In this document: piece after piece, positions 1 to 35,291 of the stretch
How positions within the stretch are numbered: position 1 is the stretch's first letter
Layout: the number at the start of each line of letters is the position of its first letter
Source: the human T2T-CHM13v2.0 reference genome, Homo sapiens
Assembly: GCF_009914755.1 (NCBI RefSeq)
Contig: NC_060925.1
Strand: one strand, 5' to 3'
Length of the DNA: 64,000 nt
Notes under the pieces: generated by a model
The model's database searches: none
What the model saw: the letters and a program-made list of their open reading frames with translations, nothing else
Told to the model about the DNA's origin: nothing
Program-made: the position numbers and the translations under genes

Positions 1-1620
<1,620 letters not shown>

Positions 1621-3925
1621 AGTCCATCCTTATTTCTTTATATCTTTTCACAGTTTTATAAAACTGGTATTTTTTACTTGAGGTAAGGTAAATAAACTCT
1701 TAGAGCCTTTGTTTTCTGGTTTTATGCTGCCCTAGGCAACCTTGGCTAACTTTAAGAATGTCATCTCCATTTATTTATTTATGCCTTGGGAGATTTAGGT
1801 TCCAACTACATTTGCTTTTTAATGCTCTCCTTTGAGCAGTCTCACCACCAGCCACACCAACATAACATATATATAACATACTCTACAGGTGCACTGAAGA
1901 ATTCAGCGCAGCATCCCATTTTGAGTCCTCAGGAGGGACTAGGCAGACCACAGCTGAAGGAAGAGGGCTGATCAGCTCTTCCTTTCTGTCTTGACTCTGT
2001 GCCTGCAGGTGTTCTTTAACTATTTGTTTGCCCTGTCAAAGACAAAGTGCATTCTCTTGTGATAACAGAGTAGTTTTTAAATTGAAAAAGGGAGAGCAAT
2101 AGGAGATAAAAATTATTTGGCTTTGTTATAATTGGGGCATGTTAATACAAAATAAAATGAATTATTTGGCTGCTTAGCTTTCTGTAATGTGTAATTCATT
2201 TGAATAATTTTCAGTGTTAGGTTGCTGATCTTTGTATTTTTTATCCTTTTAATTTAAGCTGTCAATTGATTCATTTTGGTTTTGTTTTTTATAGAAACTA
2301 AGGTTTTCAAATCTTCAAAGTTACCCTTCGACAAAGCTTTCTTTAAATTCACTGCAATATAGTTGTTGACTATAATTTTAAGTGGAGCTAAGTTTGCCTC
2401 TTAAAAACAGGAGTTCATTCTGTGTATTACTGAGTAATTACTCTGTATACTGAAGTTCAGTGCCCAGGGCTTGACAGTGTTTAGGATTTAACATGAGTGT
2501 TCTGTTGTGTCACAGTAATACTTGATAATGAGCCTAAGGCAGATGGAACAGCAGCTCAGGCATTCCTTCTTTATCACTAGTTTTACCCGCAGTGGTCCTC
2601 TTAAGCTTCTTTGATGTTGCTTTGTTGCCATATTAGAGTCCATTAAGTCCTCACCCTTCTGTCTTTCAAAAAACCTCTGTGAAATCTGTTTGGCTGGTGA
2701 AGCATTTTGACTCCAAAGCTAGTCCTTCTCTTACCCACCTTTTTAGTTTACCTTGCTTTGTCTTTCTGATAATATGCCAGTATTATCAGCTCACATAAAT
2801 TTGCCAACTTGCTGTGTCCATTGGCCCTGGGCATGGCTAAATGATTCAGGCAGTGGAAATAATATACTTTACTCTCTGGCTCACTGTAAATGTGCACAGA
2901 CTCCAAGCAAAGCTCCTGTCTTTCGGGCTTGAGTTTTAGAGACAAAGGTTTGCCATGCTTACAGGCTGAATGTTTTTCCCTACTGAACAAACTAGCCAGC
3001 CTTTATTTCAAGCTGAATCACTTTGTTACTTACGGAAGGAAAAGGTCTAGAGAAGGAAAACGTATCTTCCATTTATCCTAGACAAACAAATAATCTAATT
3101 TCCTCTGGCAGTCAAAATATAGTTTCACCTAAGCCACTGATGCAGGAAGTTAGGTTTTATGTAACCTCTCTAATTGGTAAGTAAGTAGGTTTGATGTCTC
3201 TGAGATAGGAAGAAAGAAACGAAAATGTTCATGAAAATAATCAGAGTGATTTGTGTTAAGTGATCCTAACCTTAGCTTGCTCTGGGTGCCAGTGAAATTA
3301 ACCTCAACAATGTTGGTTGGAAGAATTTTTCAACTTAAAGAAGTTTGAAGTTGGGGAATCAAAAGGCAGGGATTGTTGTTTCTATCACTTAGCTGTAATA
3401 ACCAGAGCCTGTTTAGTATTTGTTTTTTAAGGATGGGATGTGTCTTCAAAGAGGAGACTTGCCATGTTCAAAGCACAATTAATGCCATTTTCCTACTGAA
3501 GTGAACACTGCCAGTTTTTAACAGTTTCTTTCACTTTCCTGTGCTTCTGTAGATAACCTTTTTTACTGCCCAGTTGTTGGAATGTTACAGCTGGAAAGGG
3601 ACCTAGAAGAGTAATTATCTAACTCTGTTTCCTTATTACACAAATGAGGTAGAACCAGAGTTTTACGTGTCTGTAGAGTTTATATTGAGGGATTAAGAAA
3701 TAAGGAGGCCAAGAGGAAAGATGTAATGAAAATAATTCTAATAATTATAATCTGGATTCACAGTTTAAAGTATTCAGTCCTTAGAGATAAACCTGCTCTA
3801 GTGATGCCTTACTGTTCAGTAAAGTAGAAAATAACTTGTCTTTTTGCTTCGTAGAGTTTGGGTAAGTCTAACATTTATAGGCCCAAATAATACAAAACCC
3901 TCAGTGAACTAAGCAGCCTTACTGC

Positions 3926-4212
3926 TTTTTTGTTTGTTTTTGAGACAGGGTCTCAGGCTGGAGTGCAGTGGCGCAATCATGGCTCACTGCAGCCTTGACC
4001 TCCTGGGCTCAAGTGATCCTTCCACCTCAGCTTCCTGAGTAGCTAGAACTGCAGGCATGCACCACCATACCTGGCTAATTTTTTAAATTTTTTTGGTAGA
4101 GATTGGGTCTTGCTGTGTTGCCTAGGCTGGTCTCAAACTCCTGCTCAAGTGATCCTCCTGCCTTGGCTTCCCAAAGTGCTGGGATTATAGGTGTGAACCG
4201 CCGTTTCTGGCC
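3926..4212 (-). mobile_element. Alu (AluJ-like)
   Basis: Alu dimer in antisense with poly(T) head. Confidence 0.88.
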
Positions 4213-4499
4213 GTATTTTTTTTTTTTTTAAACTGCTTTCCTTTTTTTGTTTTTCCTTTTGCTATTTGCCTTTTTATAAGGTAGATACGGTAGAGTTGCT
4301 GTTTTGACTGAGCTTTTGCTGGAAGTCCTTAGCTGCTTTTGTCACTCCAAAAGCAGGGTGAGACCAAATGAAAAAACTTTCAGCTAATCTTCAGTTTTTT
4401 TTTTTAATTAAATGGGACTTGGGGGCTGTGGAAGTGATATTTTCCTTAATTTCCCAGAAAACTTTAAGCTCGAGACAGTTATCATATATTATTGCTACC

Positions 4500-4797
<298 letters not shown>

Positions 4798-5240
4798 TGT
4801 TATCGCTACCTTTTAAAGAAGAAAGTTATAGAGTGGCCTGGCCATTCTCTGTGACCTACCTTTTGGACTTTAAAATGTCTTTCTAGTATGGTAGGAATAG
4901 CAAAATCAATATGCTGCCCTCCAATTGATGCTTTGGAATGTTCTAAACCCAGTTTTTATTTTGGCTCATTGCCAGTTGTGCTCCCCCTGCCAGCTATTTT
5001 TGGCATTGTCATGAACTTGGAAATTAATGATTCTGCTCACTAGGAGTAGAAAATTTTGTTCCTTTTCAATTTTAGAAAAGCTTTTATGTTGTTTCTGGGT
5101 AGTCTTACTAGCTTATTAATGCGCCTGTCAAACTTGTGCAGTGTTGAAAACATGCCATTATGGTTGAGATTTCACTGAACTCTGAAATTCCATCAGTAAT
5201 ATGTGCCTCTAGCCACCTGCAACAGGAATATCACTTTTGA

Positions 5241-5559
<319 letters not shown>

Positions 5560-6021
5560 AGTTATTTCTTTGGTAAACAAAACCACAGTTCAAATTAAAT
5601 ACTACAAAAACTGATGATATTGGTGGTTCCACCCATAGCTGTTAAAAAGTGTAAGCCCGAAGAGGCCTGGGTCGACTGCTATTTGTATTTAAGGATCAGA
5701 AAAGCTTTCAGGCCCTGTGGAGTCCCCAGATTTACTGTTTTCTAAGGGCCACTATTTATGTATAAATACTAGGGGAGGATTTTTTTTTTCTTCTATGCCT
5801 AGTTTGCTTAGATGGGGAGGGATATTCTTATTTAGGGAAATTATATTCTCCTTGCTTAATCCTTGCCTTCCCTCAACCCCCTGCACATATACACAAAACA
5901 ACAATAAGCACATATCACTTGAAAGTAGTTTGAGAAACCTGGGTATTCTGTGAGGAGACACGGCCAGTTAGATGGTTCTTCACGGAAAGATCTGTTTTCC
6001 ATTTAACTCCTGTAACATGAG

Positions 6022-6053
6022 GAATCTGAATCTGGATCTGGATCTGGATCTGG
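6022..6053. repeat. (GGATCT)n hexamer microsatellite
   Basis: gaatctgaatctggatctggatctggatctgg. Confidence 0.8.
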
Positions 6054-6169
6054 AGTGTCCTTATAGATTATAATTCCATGACTTGTAAGAAAGAAAGGAA
6101 ATTATTTGGAGAAGATGATCCAGTGCCTAAGAGCTGAAATCTTGGATCCAAATAGCTTGGGTACCATCC

Positions 6170-6461
6170 TTTTTCTTTTGTTGAGATGGAGTCTCGCTCT
6201 GTCGCCCAGGCTGGAGTGCAGTGGCAGATCTCAACTCATTGCAACTTATGCCTCCCAAGTTTAAGTAATTCTCTTGCCTCAGCCTCTGAGTAGTTGGGAT
6301 TACAGCTGCCCGCCACCATGCCCAGCTAATTTTTGTATTTTTAGTAGAGATGGAGTTTCACCGTGTTGACCAGGCTGTTCTCGAACTCGTGACCTCAAGC
6401 AATCCACTCACCTTGGCTTCCCAAAGTGCTGGGATTACAGGTGTGAGCCACTGCGCTGGCC
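6170..6461 (-). mobile_element. Alu (AluS-like)
   Basis: Full dimer in antisense. Confidence 0.9.
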
Positions 6462-6474
6462 AAGGGCACCATCT

Positions 6475-6830
6475 TTTAGTAGTTATGTAGCCTTGGGCAA
6501 GTTACTTTAACCTCTTAGTGCCAGTTTCTTCATCTGTAAAATGGAGGTAATACTTTTATTGCATAGAATCTAACATGCCATTGATTATAAGATACATTAT
6601 TTTTGTACCACTTAAAAAAGGAAAAGCGCTGCCATTAAACTAAAATATACCATCATTTGTAAGAATCTTCTTAATTTCAGAGGTGCTAACATGTAAAAAG
6701 ATGTGTATCTTAGAATTGATGACATCATAATAATACTTTGATAGGATTGTTGTAAGGATTAAGTGACTCAACATTTATAAAGAACTTAGAACAGTGCATG
6801 GCACATAGTAGGCAATATTTATGTGTCATT
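6475..6830 (+). mobile_element. MIR SINE with a nested MER104-like (TcMar-Tc2) DNA transposon at ~6555-6725
   Basis: The MIR core (cttgggcaagttacttaacctc...catctgtaaaatgg) resumes after the insert (aggattgttgtaaggattaagtga). The insert has inverted ends (catagaatctaa / ttagaattgatg). Confidence 0.6.
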
Positions 6831-7605
6831 TATTATTATTGCTATTAGTGTTACCTATTATTTTCTTTTTGAACCCACTTATTGCCTAATTAGTCATAGT
6901 TTGACAATTGCCCTTGTATTCCACCATGTCAAATATAAATTTACATAGATGAGTATGTACTTTTACTTATTGAGAAACAGTGTAATATATAATATACTCA
7001 ATTCTGGAGCCAGATTGCAGGGATTCAAATCCTAGCTCTGCCACTTATTTGACTGTGACTCTAGGCCAATAACTTAATCTTTCTTTTTCTCAGTTTCTTC
7101 TTCTGTAATGGGGATAATAATTCTATTTTAGATGTGTTCGTATATATAAACGTCTGAGTTATGGATTACCTTAGTCATCTCTTTAAAGTTCCCTAGCATT
7201 TTATTTCTCACTTGGACTGTTAATGAATATTTCTAAAAAGCACACTAAGAGTTCAAAGTTTTAAAATAATGGTAACATAATACTGTTATTATATCTAACA
7301 CCTACTAGTATTTACCATGTGCCATGCACTGGTCTAAAAGCTTTCATATATTTATTTAAGCTTCACAACAACTCTATGTGGTGGGAACTCTTACTGTCTC
7401 CATTTTATAGATGAGGAACCTGAGGCACAGAGAGATCAAGTAATATACCTGCAGCTATTAAATGATGGAACTAGGATTCAGACCCTGACAGGCTGGCTCT
7501 AGAGAGTGTGCTGTCAACACCATGTCTCTTCAGAAGGCATTTCTTTTTCTTTTTTTTTTTTCCAGAAGGCATTTCTGTCATGAAGGGTTATTTATTGACC
7601 AGGGC

Positions 7606-7914
<309 letters not shown>

Positions 7915-7967
7915 TGATTTTTTTTTTTTATGATTGAAATGGTGCTAGGAATAATAATAAAAAAAAT

Positions 7968-8293
7968 CTATTATCCCTTATCTGTGATTGCAAAATTCAG
8001 AAAGCTCTCATAAATGAAAATTTTTCTTTAAGTTTGGTATAAATTCATTTAATTGGCAAGACCTGACTTGAACCATTGTTAAGCTATTTGAAGTCTTTAT
8101 TTAGCCAACTTAGTATGACTGTTCCATGTTTTGTTGCAGAAATATTAATGTGTTTGATTATAGTGCACTGCCCTGAACTCCACTGGGATTATTATATAAT
8201 GTGTACTTTGTGTTCTGCATTACCTTTCTGAAATTCAAAATATTCTGAATTCCAAAACACATCTGGCCCTGAGCTTCAGATGATGGATTGTAT
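7968..8293. mobile_element. TcMar-Tigger MITE (MER46C-like)
   Basis: Ends resemble the MER46C consensus (atcccttatc...; tctgaattccaaaacacatctggccc). Confidence 0.5.
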
Positions 8294-8384
8294 ACCAAAG
8301 ATTTTTTTTCCATTTCATTGAATAAATGTTCCTTTAGCTAATACTAAAACAGGACTTAGTCATGTAGTTAATTTTCCCAAATAA

Positions 8385-29173
<20,789 letters not shown>

Positions 29174-32100
29174 TTGGTGAGCATGAGGGAGGAGGAATCA
29201 TGGCTACCTTCTCCTGGCCCTGCGTTCTTAATATTGGGCTATGGAGAGATCCTCCTTTACCCTCTTGAAATTTCTTAGCCAGCAACTTGTTCTGCAGGGG
29301 CCCACTGAAGCAGAAGGTTTTTCTCTGGGGGAACCTGTCTCAGTGTTGACTGCATTGTTGTAGTCTTCCCAAAGTTTGCCCTATTTTTAAATTCATTATT
29401 TTTGTGACAGTAATTTTGGTACTTGGAAGAGTTCAGATGCCCATCTTCTGCAGTTACCAAGGAAGAGAGATTGTTCTGAAGTTACCCTCTGAAAAATATT
29501 TTGTCTCTCTGACTTGATTTCTATAAATGCTTTTAAAAACAAGTGAAGCCCCTCTTTATTTCATTTTGTGTTATTGTGATTGCTGGTCAGGAAAAATGCT
29601 GATAGAAGGAGTTGAAATCTGATGACAAAAAAAGAAAAATTACTTTTTGTTTGTTTATAAACTCAGACTTGCCTATTTTATTTTAAAAGCGGCTTACACA
29701 ATCTCCCTTTTGTTTATTGGACATTTAAACTTACAGAGTTTCAGTTTTGTTTTAATGTCATATTATACTTAATGGGCAATTGTTATTTTTGCAAAACTGG
29801 TTACGTATTACTCTGTGTTACTATTGAGATTCTCTCAATTGCTCCTGTGTTTGTTATAAAGTAGTGTTTAAAAGGCAGCTCACCATTTGCTGGTAACTTA
29901 ATGTGAGAGAATCCATATCTGCGTGAAAACACCAAGTATTCTTTTTAAATGAAGCACCATGAATTCTTTTTTAAATTATTTTTTAAAAGTCTTTCTCTCT
30001 CTGATTCAGCTTAAATTTTTTTATCGAAAAAGCCATTAAGGTGGTTATTATTACATGGTGGTGGTGGTTTTATTATATGCAAAATCTCTGTCTATTATGA
30101 GATACTGGCATTGATGAGCTTTGCCTAAAGATTAGTATGAATTTTCAGTAATACACCTCTGTTTTGCTCATCTCTCCCTTCTGTTTTATGTGATTTGTTT
30201 GGGGAGAAAGCTAAAAAAACCTGAAACCAGATAAGAACATTTCTTGTGTATAGCTTTTATACTTCAAAGTAGCTTCCTTTGTATGCCAGCAGCAAATTGA
30301 ATGCTCTCTTATTAAGACTTATATAATAAGTGCATGTAGGAATTGCAAAAAATATTTTAAAAATTTATTACTGAATTTAAAAATATTTTAGAAGTTTTGT
30401 AATGGTGGTGTTTTAATATTTTACATAATTAAATATGTACATATTGATTAGAAAAATATAACAAGCAATTTTTCCTGCTAACCCAAAATGTTATTTGTAA
30501 TCAAATGTGTAGTGATTACACTTGAATTGTGTACTTAGTGTGTATGTGATCCTCCAGTGTTATCCCGGAGATGGATTGATGTCTCCATTGTATTTAAACC
30601 AAAATGAACTGATACTTGTTGGAATGTATGTGAACTAATTGCAATTATATTAGAGCATATTACTGTAGTGCTGAATGAGCAGGGGCATTGCCTGCAAGGA
30701 GAGGAGACCCTTGGAATTGTTTTGCACAGGTGTGTCTGGTGAGGAGTTTTTCAGTGTGTGTCTCTTCCTTCCCTTTCTTCCTCCTTCCCTTATTGTAGTG
30801 CCTTATATGATAATGTAGTGGTTAATAGAGTTTACAGTGAGCTTGCCTTAGGATGGACCAGCAAGCCCCCGTGGACCCTAAGTTGTTCACCGGGATTTAT
30901 CAGAACAGGATTAGTAGCTGTATTGTGTAATGCATTGTTCTCAGTTTCCCTGCCAACATTGAAAAATAAAAACAGCAGCTTTTCTCCTTTACCACCACCT
31001 CTACCCCTTTCCATTTTGGATTCTCGGCTGAGTTCTCACAGAAGCATTTTCCCCATGTGGCTCTCTCACTGTGCGTTGCTACCTTGCTTCTGTGAGAATT
31101 CAGGAAGCAGGTGAGAGGAGTCAAGCCAATATTAAATATGCATTCTTTTAAAGTATGTGCAATCACTTTTAGAATGAATTTTTTTTTCCTTTTCCCATGT
31201 GGCAGTCCTTCCTGCACATAGTTGACATTCCTAGTAAAATATTTGCTTGTTGAAAAAAACATGTTAACAGATGTGTTTATACCAAAGAGCCTGTTGTATT
31301 GCTTACCATGTCCCCATACTATGAGGAGAAGTTTTGTGGTGCCGCTGGTGACAAGGAACTCACAGAAAGGTTTCTTAGCTGGTGAAGAATATAGAGAAGG
31401 AACCAAAGCCTGTTGAGTCATTGAGGCTTTTGAGGTTTCTTTTTTAACAGCTTGTATAGTCTTGGGGCCCTTCAAGCTGTGAAATTGTCCTTGTACTCTC
31501 AGCTCCTGCATGGATCTGGGTCAAGTAGAAGGTACTGGGGATGGGGACATTCCTGCCCATAAAGGATTTGGGGAAAGAAGATTAATCCTAAAATACAGGT
31601 GTGTTCCATCTGAATTGAAAATGATATATTTGAGATATAATTTTAGGACTGGTTCTGTGTAGATAGAGATGGTGTCAAGGAGGTGCAGGATGGAGATGGG
31701 AGATTTCATGGAGCCTGGTCAGCCAGCTCTGTACCAGGTTGAACACCGAGGAGCTGTCAAAGTATTTGGAGTTTCTTCATTGTAAGGAGTAAGGGCTTCC
31801 AAGATGGGGCAGGTAGTCCGTACAGCCTACCAGGAACATGTTGTGTTTTCTTTATTTTTTAAAATCATTATATTGAGTTGTGTTTTCAGCACTATATTGG
31901 TCAAGATAGCCAAGCAGTTTGTATAATTTCTGTCACTAGTGTCATACAGTTTTCTGGTCAACATGTGTGATCTTTGTGTCTCCTTTTTGCCAAGCACATT
32001 CTGATTTTCTTGTTGGAACACAGGTCTAGTTTCTAAAGGACAAATTTTTTGTTCCTTGTCTTTTTTCTGTAAGGGACAAGATTTGTTGTTTTTGTAAGAA

Positions 32101-33530
32101 ATGAGATGCAGGAAAGAAAACCAAATCCCATTCCTGCACCCCAGTCCAATAAGCAGATACCACTTAAGATAGGAGTCTAAACTCCACAGAAAAGGATAAT
32201 ACCAAGAGCTTGTATTGTTACCTTAGTCACTTGCCTAGCAGTGTGTGGCTTTAAAAACTAGAGATTTTTCAGTCTTAGTCTGCAAACTGGCATTTCCGAT
32301 TTTCCAGCATAAAAATCCACCTGTGTCTGCTGAATGTGTATGTATGTGCTCACTGTGGCTTTAGATTCTGTCCCTGGGGTTAGCCCTGTTGGCCCTGACA
32401 GGAAGGGAGGAAGCCTGGTGAATTTAGTGAGCAGCTGGCCTGGGTCACAGTGACCTGACCTCAAACCAGCTTAAGGCTTTAAGTCCTCTCTCAGAACTTG
32501 GCATTTCCAACTTCTTCCTTTCCGGGTGAGAGAAGAAGCGGAGAAGGGTTCAGTGTAGCCACTCTGGGCTCATAGGGACACTTGGTCACTCCAGAGTTTT
32601 TAATAGCTCCCAGGAGGTGATATTATTTTCAGTGCTCAGCTGAAATACCAACCCCAGGAATAAGAACTCCATTTCAAACAGTTCTGGCCATTCTGAGCCT
32701 GCTTTTGTGATTGCTCATCCATTGTCCTCCACTAGAGGGGCTAAGCTTGACTGCCCTTAGCCAGGCAAGCACAGTAATGTGTGTTTTGTTCAGCATTATT
32801 ATGCAAAAATTCACTAGTTGAGATGGTTTGTTTTAGGATAGGAAATGAAATTGCCTCTCAGTGACAGGAGTGGCCCGAGCCTGCTTCCTATTTTGATTTT
32901 TTTTTTTTTTAACTGATAGATGGTGCAGCATGTCTACATGGTTGTTTGTTGCTAAACTTTATATAATGTGTGGTTTCAATTCAGCTTGAAAAATAATCTC
33001 ACTACATGTAGCAGTACATTATATGTACATTATATGTAATGTTAGTATTTCTGCTTTGAATCCTTGATATTGCAATGGAATTCCTACTTTATTAAATGTA
33101 TTTGATATGCTAGTTATTGTGTGCGATTTAAACTTTTTTTGCTTTCTCCCTTTTTTTGGTTGTGCGCTTTCTTTTACAACAAGCCTCTAGAAACAGATAG
33201 TTTCTGAGAATTACTGAGCTATGTTTGTAATGCAGATGTACTTAGGGAGTATGTAAAATAATCATTTTAACAAAAGAAATAGATATTTAAAATTTAATAC
33301 TAACTATGGGAAAAGGGTCCATTGTGTAAAACATAGTTTATCTTTGGATTCAATGTTTGTCTTTGGTTTTACAAAGTAGCTTGTATTTTCAGTATTTTCT
33401 ACATAATATGGTAAAATGTAGAGCAATTGCAATGCATCAATAAAATGGGTAAATTTTCTGACTTATGTGGCTGTTTTTGACTTCTGTTATAGGATATAAA
33501 GGGGATCAATAAATGACATCTTTGAAAGTG
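29174..33530 (+). other. HIPK1: HIPK1 long 3' UTR
   Basis: Repeat-free, AU/U-rich stretch after the stop codon, ending at paired AATAAA signals; 3' end approximate. Confidence 0.85.
33439..33513 (+). terminator. HIPK1 tandem polyadenylation signals
   Basis: AATAAA at 33439-33444 and 33508-33513; ATTAAA at 33091-33096. Confidence 0.75.
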
Positions 33531-34799
33531 GCTAAGCATATTGTATTTGAACATCAGTAGAGTACTAGAGACAATTTCATTCTTCACACAAATCTCCATA
33601 CTGGAAATGAATAGGGTTTGGCAGGGAATACTTCCCAAGAATGCAGTGTCCAGGGTCCTTACTTCACATCATCTGGATCTGACCCTTTGAAAGAGGTAGA
33701 AGACTTCTGAGACCGGCTAATTAAGCTTTGTTTCCTCATATGTTTTGCCAGATAGCAGTAGCAGAATGAAAAGATGAGTAACCACAGGAAGCTGCTATTT
33801 TTCCCCTCCTTTCAAACTGTACTGTTAGAGTCATGGTCCTTTTTACAGAAGGAACCTCTCATCAGATTCTGTTGATTCTAAAGTGAATAGAATTTCTCCC
33901 GATAAAGAAATAGGGGTTTGTTTCGATTAATGACTGCAGGTCTCTGAGTAAATGCTCTATTTGATTTTTTTTTTCGGCCCGTGTGTCTACCTTATGGCCC
34001 AAGTCTACCTTATGGTGGCCATTAATTCATTTTGGGCTCCTGCAGCCTTAGTTGGGATATAGAAATGAGAAACACTCAGAAATACCCTTTTGGACCACAA
34101 CCAAGAGAAATAACCAATAGTCTTTTCTCCCAGTGGTAAGGAAGTCAGAATACATTGATCTAGACTGCAACAACATATATATATATATCAGATTCCGCCC
34201 CCCCGCAATACATGAATGTATAGTAAATTAGTGTGAACTCACTGAACACTCCTCAGTTTTGGTGAGAGACTATATCTGGCCTCTTTCAAGCAAAGGAAAG
34301 CCATGTAAAACAGCGCTGCTGTCAGCCTTAACTTCCAGACGATCGAGTTAATTTACTAACTTCTCAGTGACCTGTTTTTTTTTTTTTTTTAATCTCAGTT
34401 ATATTTTCTTCCTTGGGCTAAATCAGATATTTGCATAGCCCCCAAAGTAGTAATTGGATAGTCTTGGGGGAAATATGCATTTCAGTGGTGAAAACCCCTG
34501 TAAATTCAATATATTTGGCTTTTGTGGAAAATTTTCCTCATGGGGTGAAGTCTAAGCCTTAGTTTCTGTATTATCATGAGAGATGACACCAGCTGCTTAG
34601 CACAAGGTGGCGCCAATGAGCTTTAGAATAAGTTGGGCTTGACCACTTGGGCCATTGTTTTCCTGCTTCCTCCCTTCAAGCCTCACCTCCCCAGCTCCCA
34701 GCTTCTACTGAACAAGGCTGAAAACCCACTCTATTGCAGGGAAAGGGAAAGATTAATGAAAAATGTCAGTTTCTTAAGTCAGCACTGGTGAAACTTTCC

Positions 34800-35177
34800 T
34801 AAAACAGGAATGGCGTTTGCTGAGTTTTCTCTGGGGTCTCTGCTTTCTGCAGCTAGCTTCCCTGCTTGACTGCCTAGAAGGCCTCTGCTTTCGGGTTTCC
34901 ATCTCTTTCCCCTCCAGAGGACCCTACAGCCTAGGCGGGAGGTGGTTAAGGCTTCTGGCTGCTGTGCAATGGGGCCATCTGTGTTTGATCAATCCTGGCG
35001 GAAAGGAGGGGGTGGGGGTTGTAAAGAGAACTGAAAGCATTCCAGAGTAGTGAGAGAGACCCAGAGATCAGGAGAGAAGGCACCGCCCCCACCCCGCCTC
35101 CAAAGCTAACCCTCGGGCTTGAGGGGAAGAGGCTGACTGTACGTTCCTTCTACTCTGGCACCACTCTCCAGGCTGCC
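34800..35177 (+). promoter_or_regulatory. OLFML3 proximal promoter / 5' UTR
   Basis: GC-richer segment directly before the ATG. It has GC/KLF boxes (GGGGGTGGGG ~35007-35016, CCCCACCCCGCC ~35087-35098) and TEAD-like sites (GGAATG 34807, CATTCC 35038). TSS not determinable from sequence. Confidence 0.55.
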
Positions 35178-35291
35178 ATGGGGCCCAGCACCCCTCTCCT
35201 CATCTTGTTCCTTTTGTCATGGTCGGGACCCCTCCAAGGACAGCAGCACCACCTTGTGGAGTACATGGAACGCCGACTAGCTGCTTTAGAG
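35178..35291 (+). CDS. OLFML3: OLFML3 exon 1 coding part (signal peptide)
   Basis: ATG ... TTA GAG|gtgagg; 38 codons. Confidence 0.94.

Noticed and set aside
1975-2015. Strong acceptor followed by GT (cctgcag|gtgttc) as a recursive splice site in intron 2
   Set aside because: The reconstituted donor GTGTTC is poor and no convincing exon follows.
30900-31511. 203-aa antisense ORF within the HIPK1 3' UTR
   Set aside because: No recognisable domain and no supporting promoter or splice structure; consistent with a chance ORF.
32726-32742. CTCF-like CCACTAGAGGGGCT in the 3' UTR
   Set aside because: The conserved GGC end of the motif is broken; weaker than the 34600 site.
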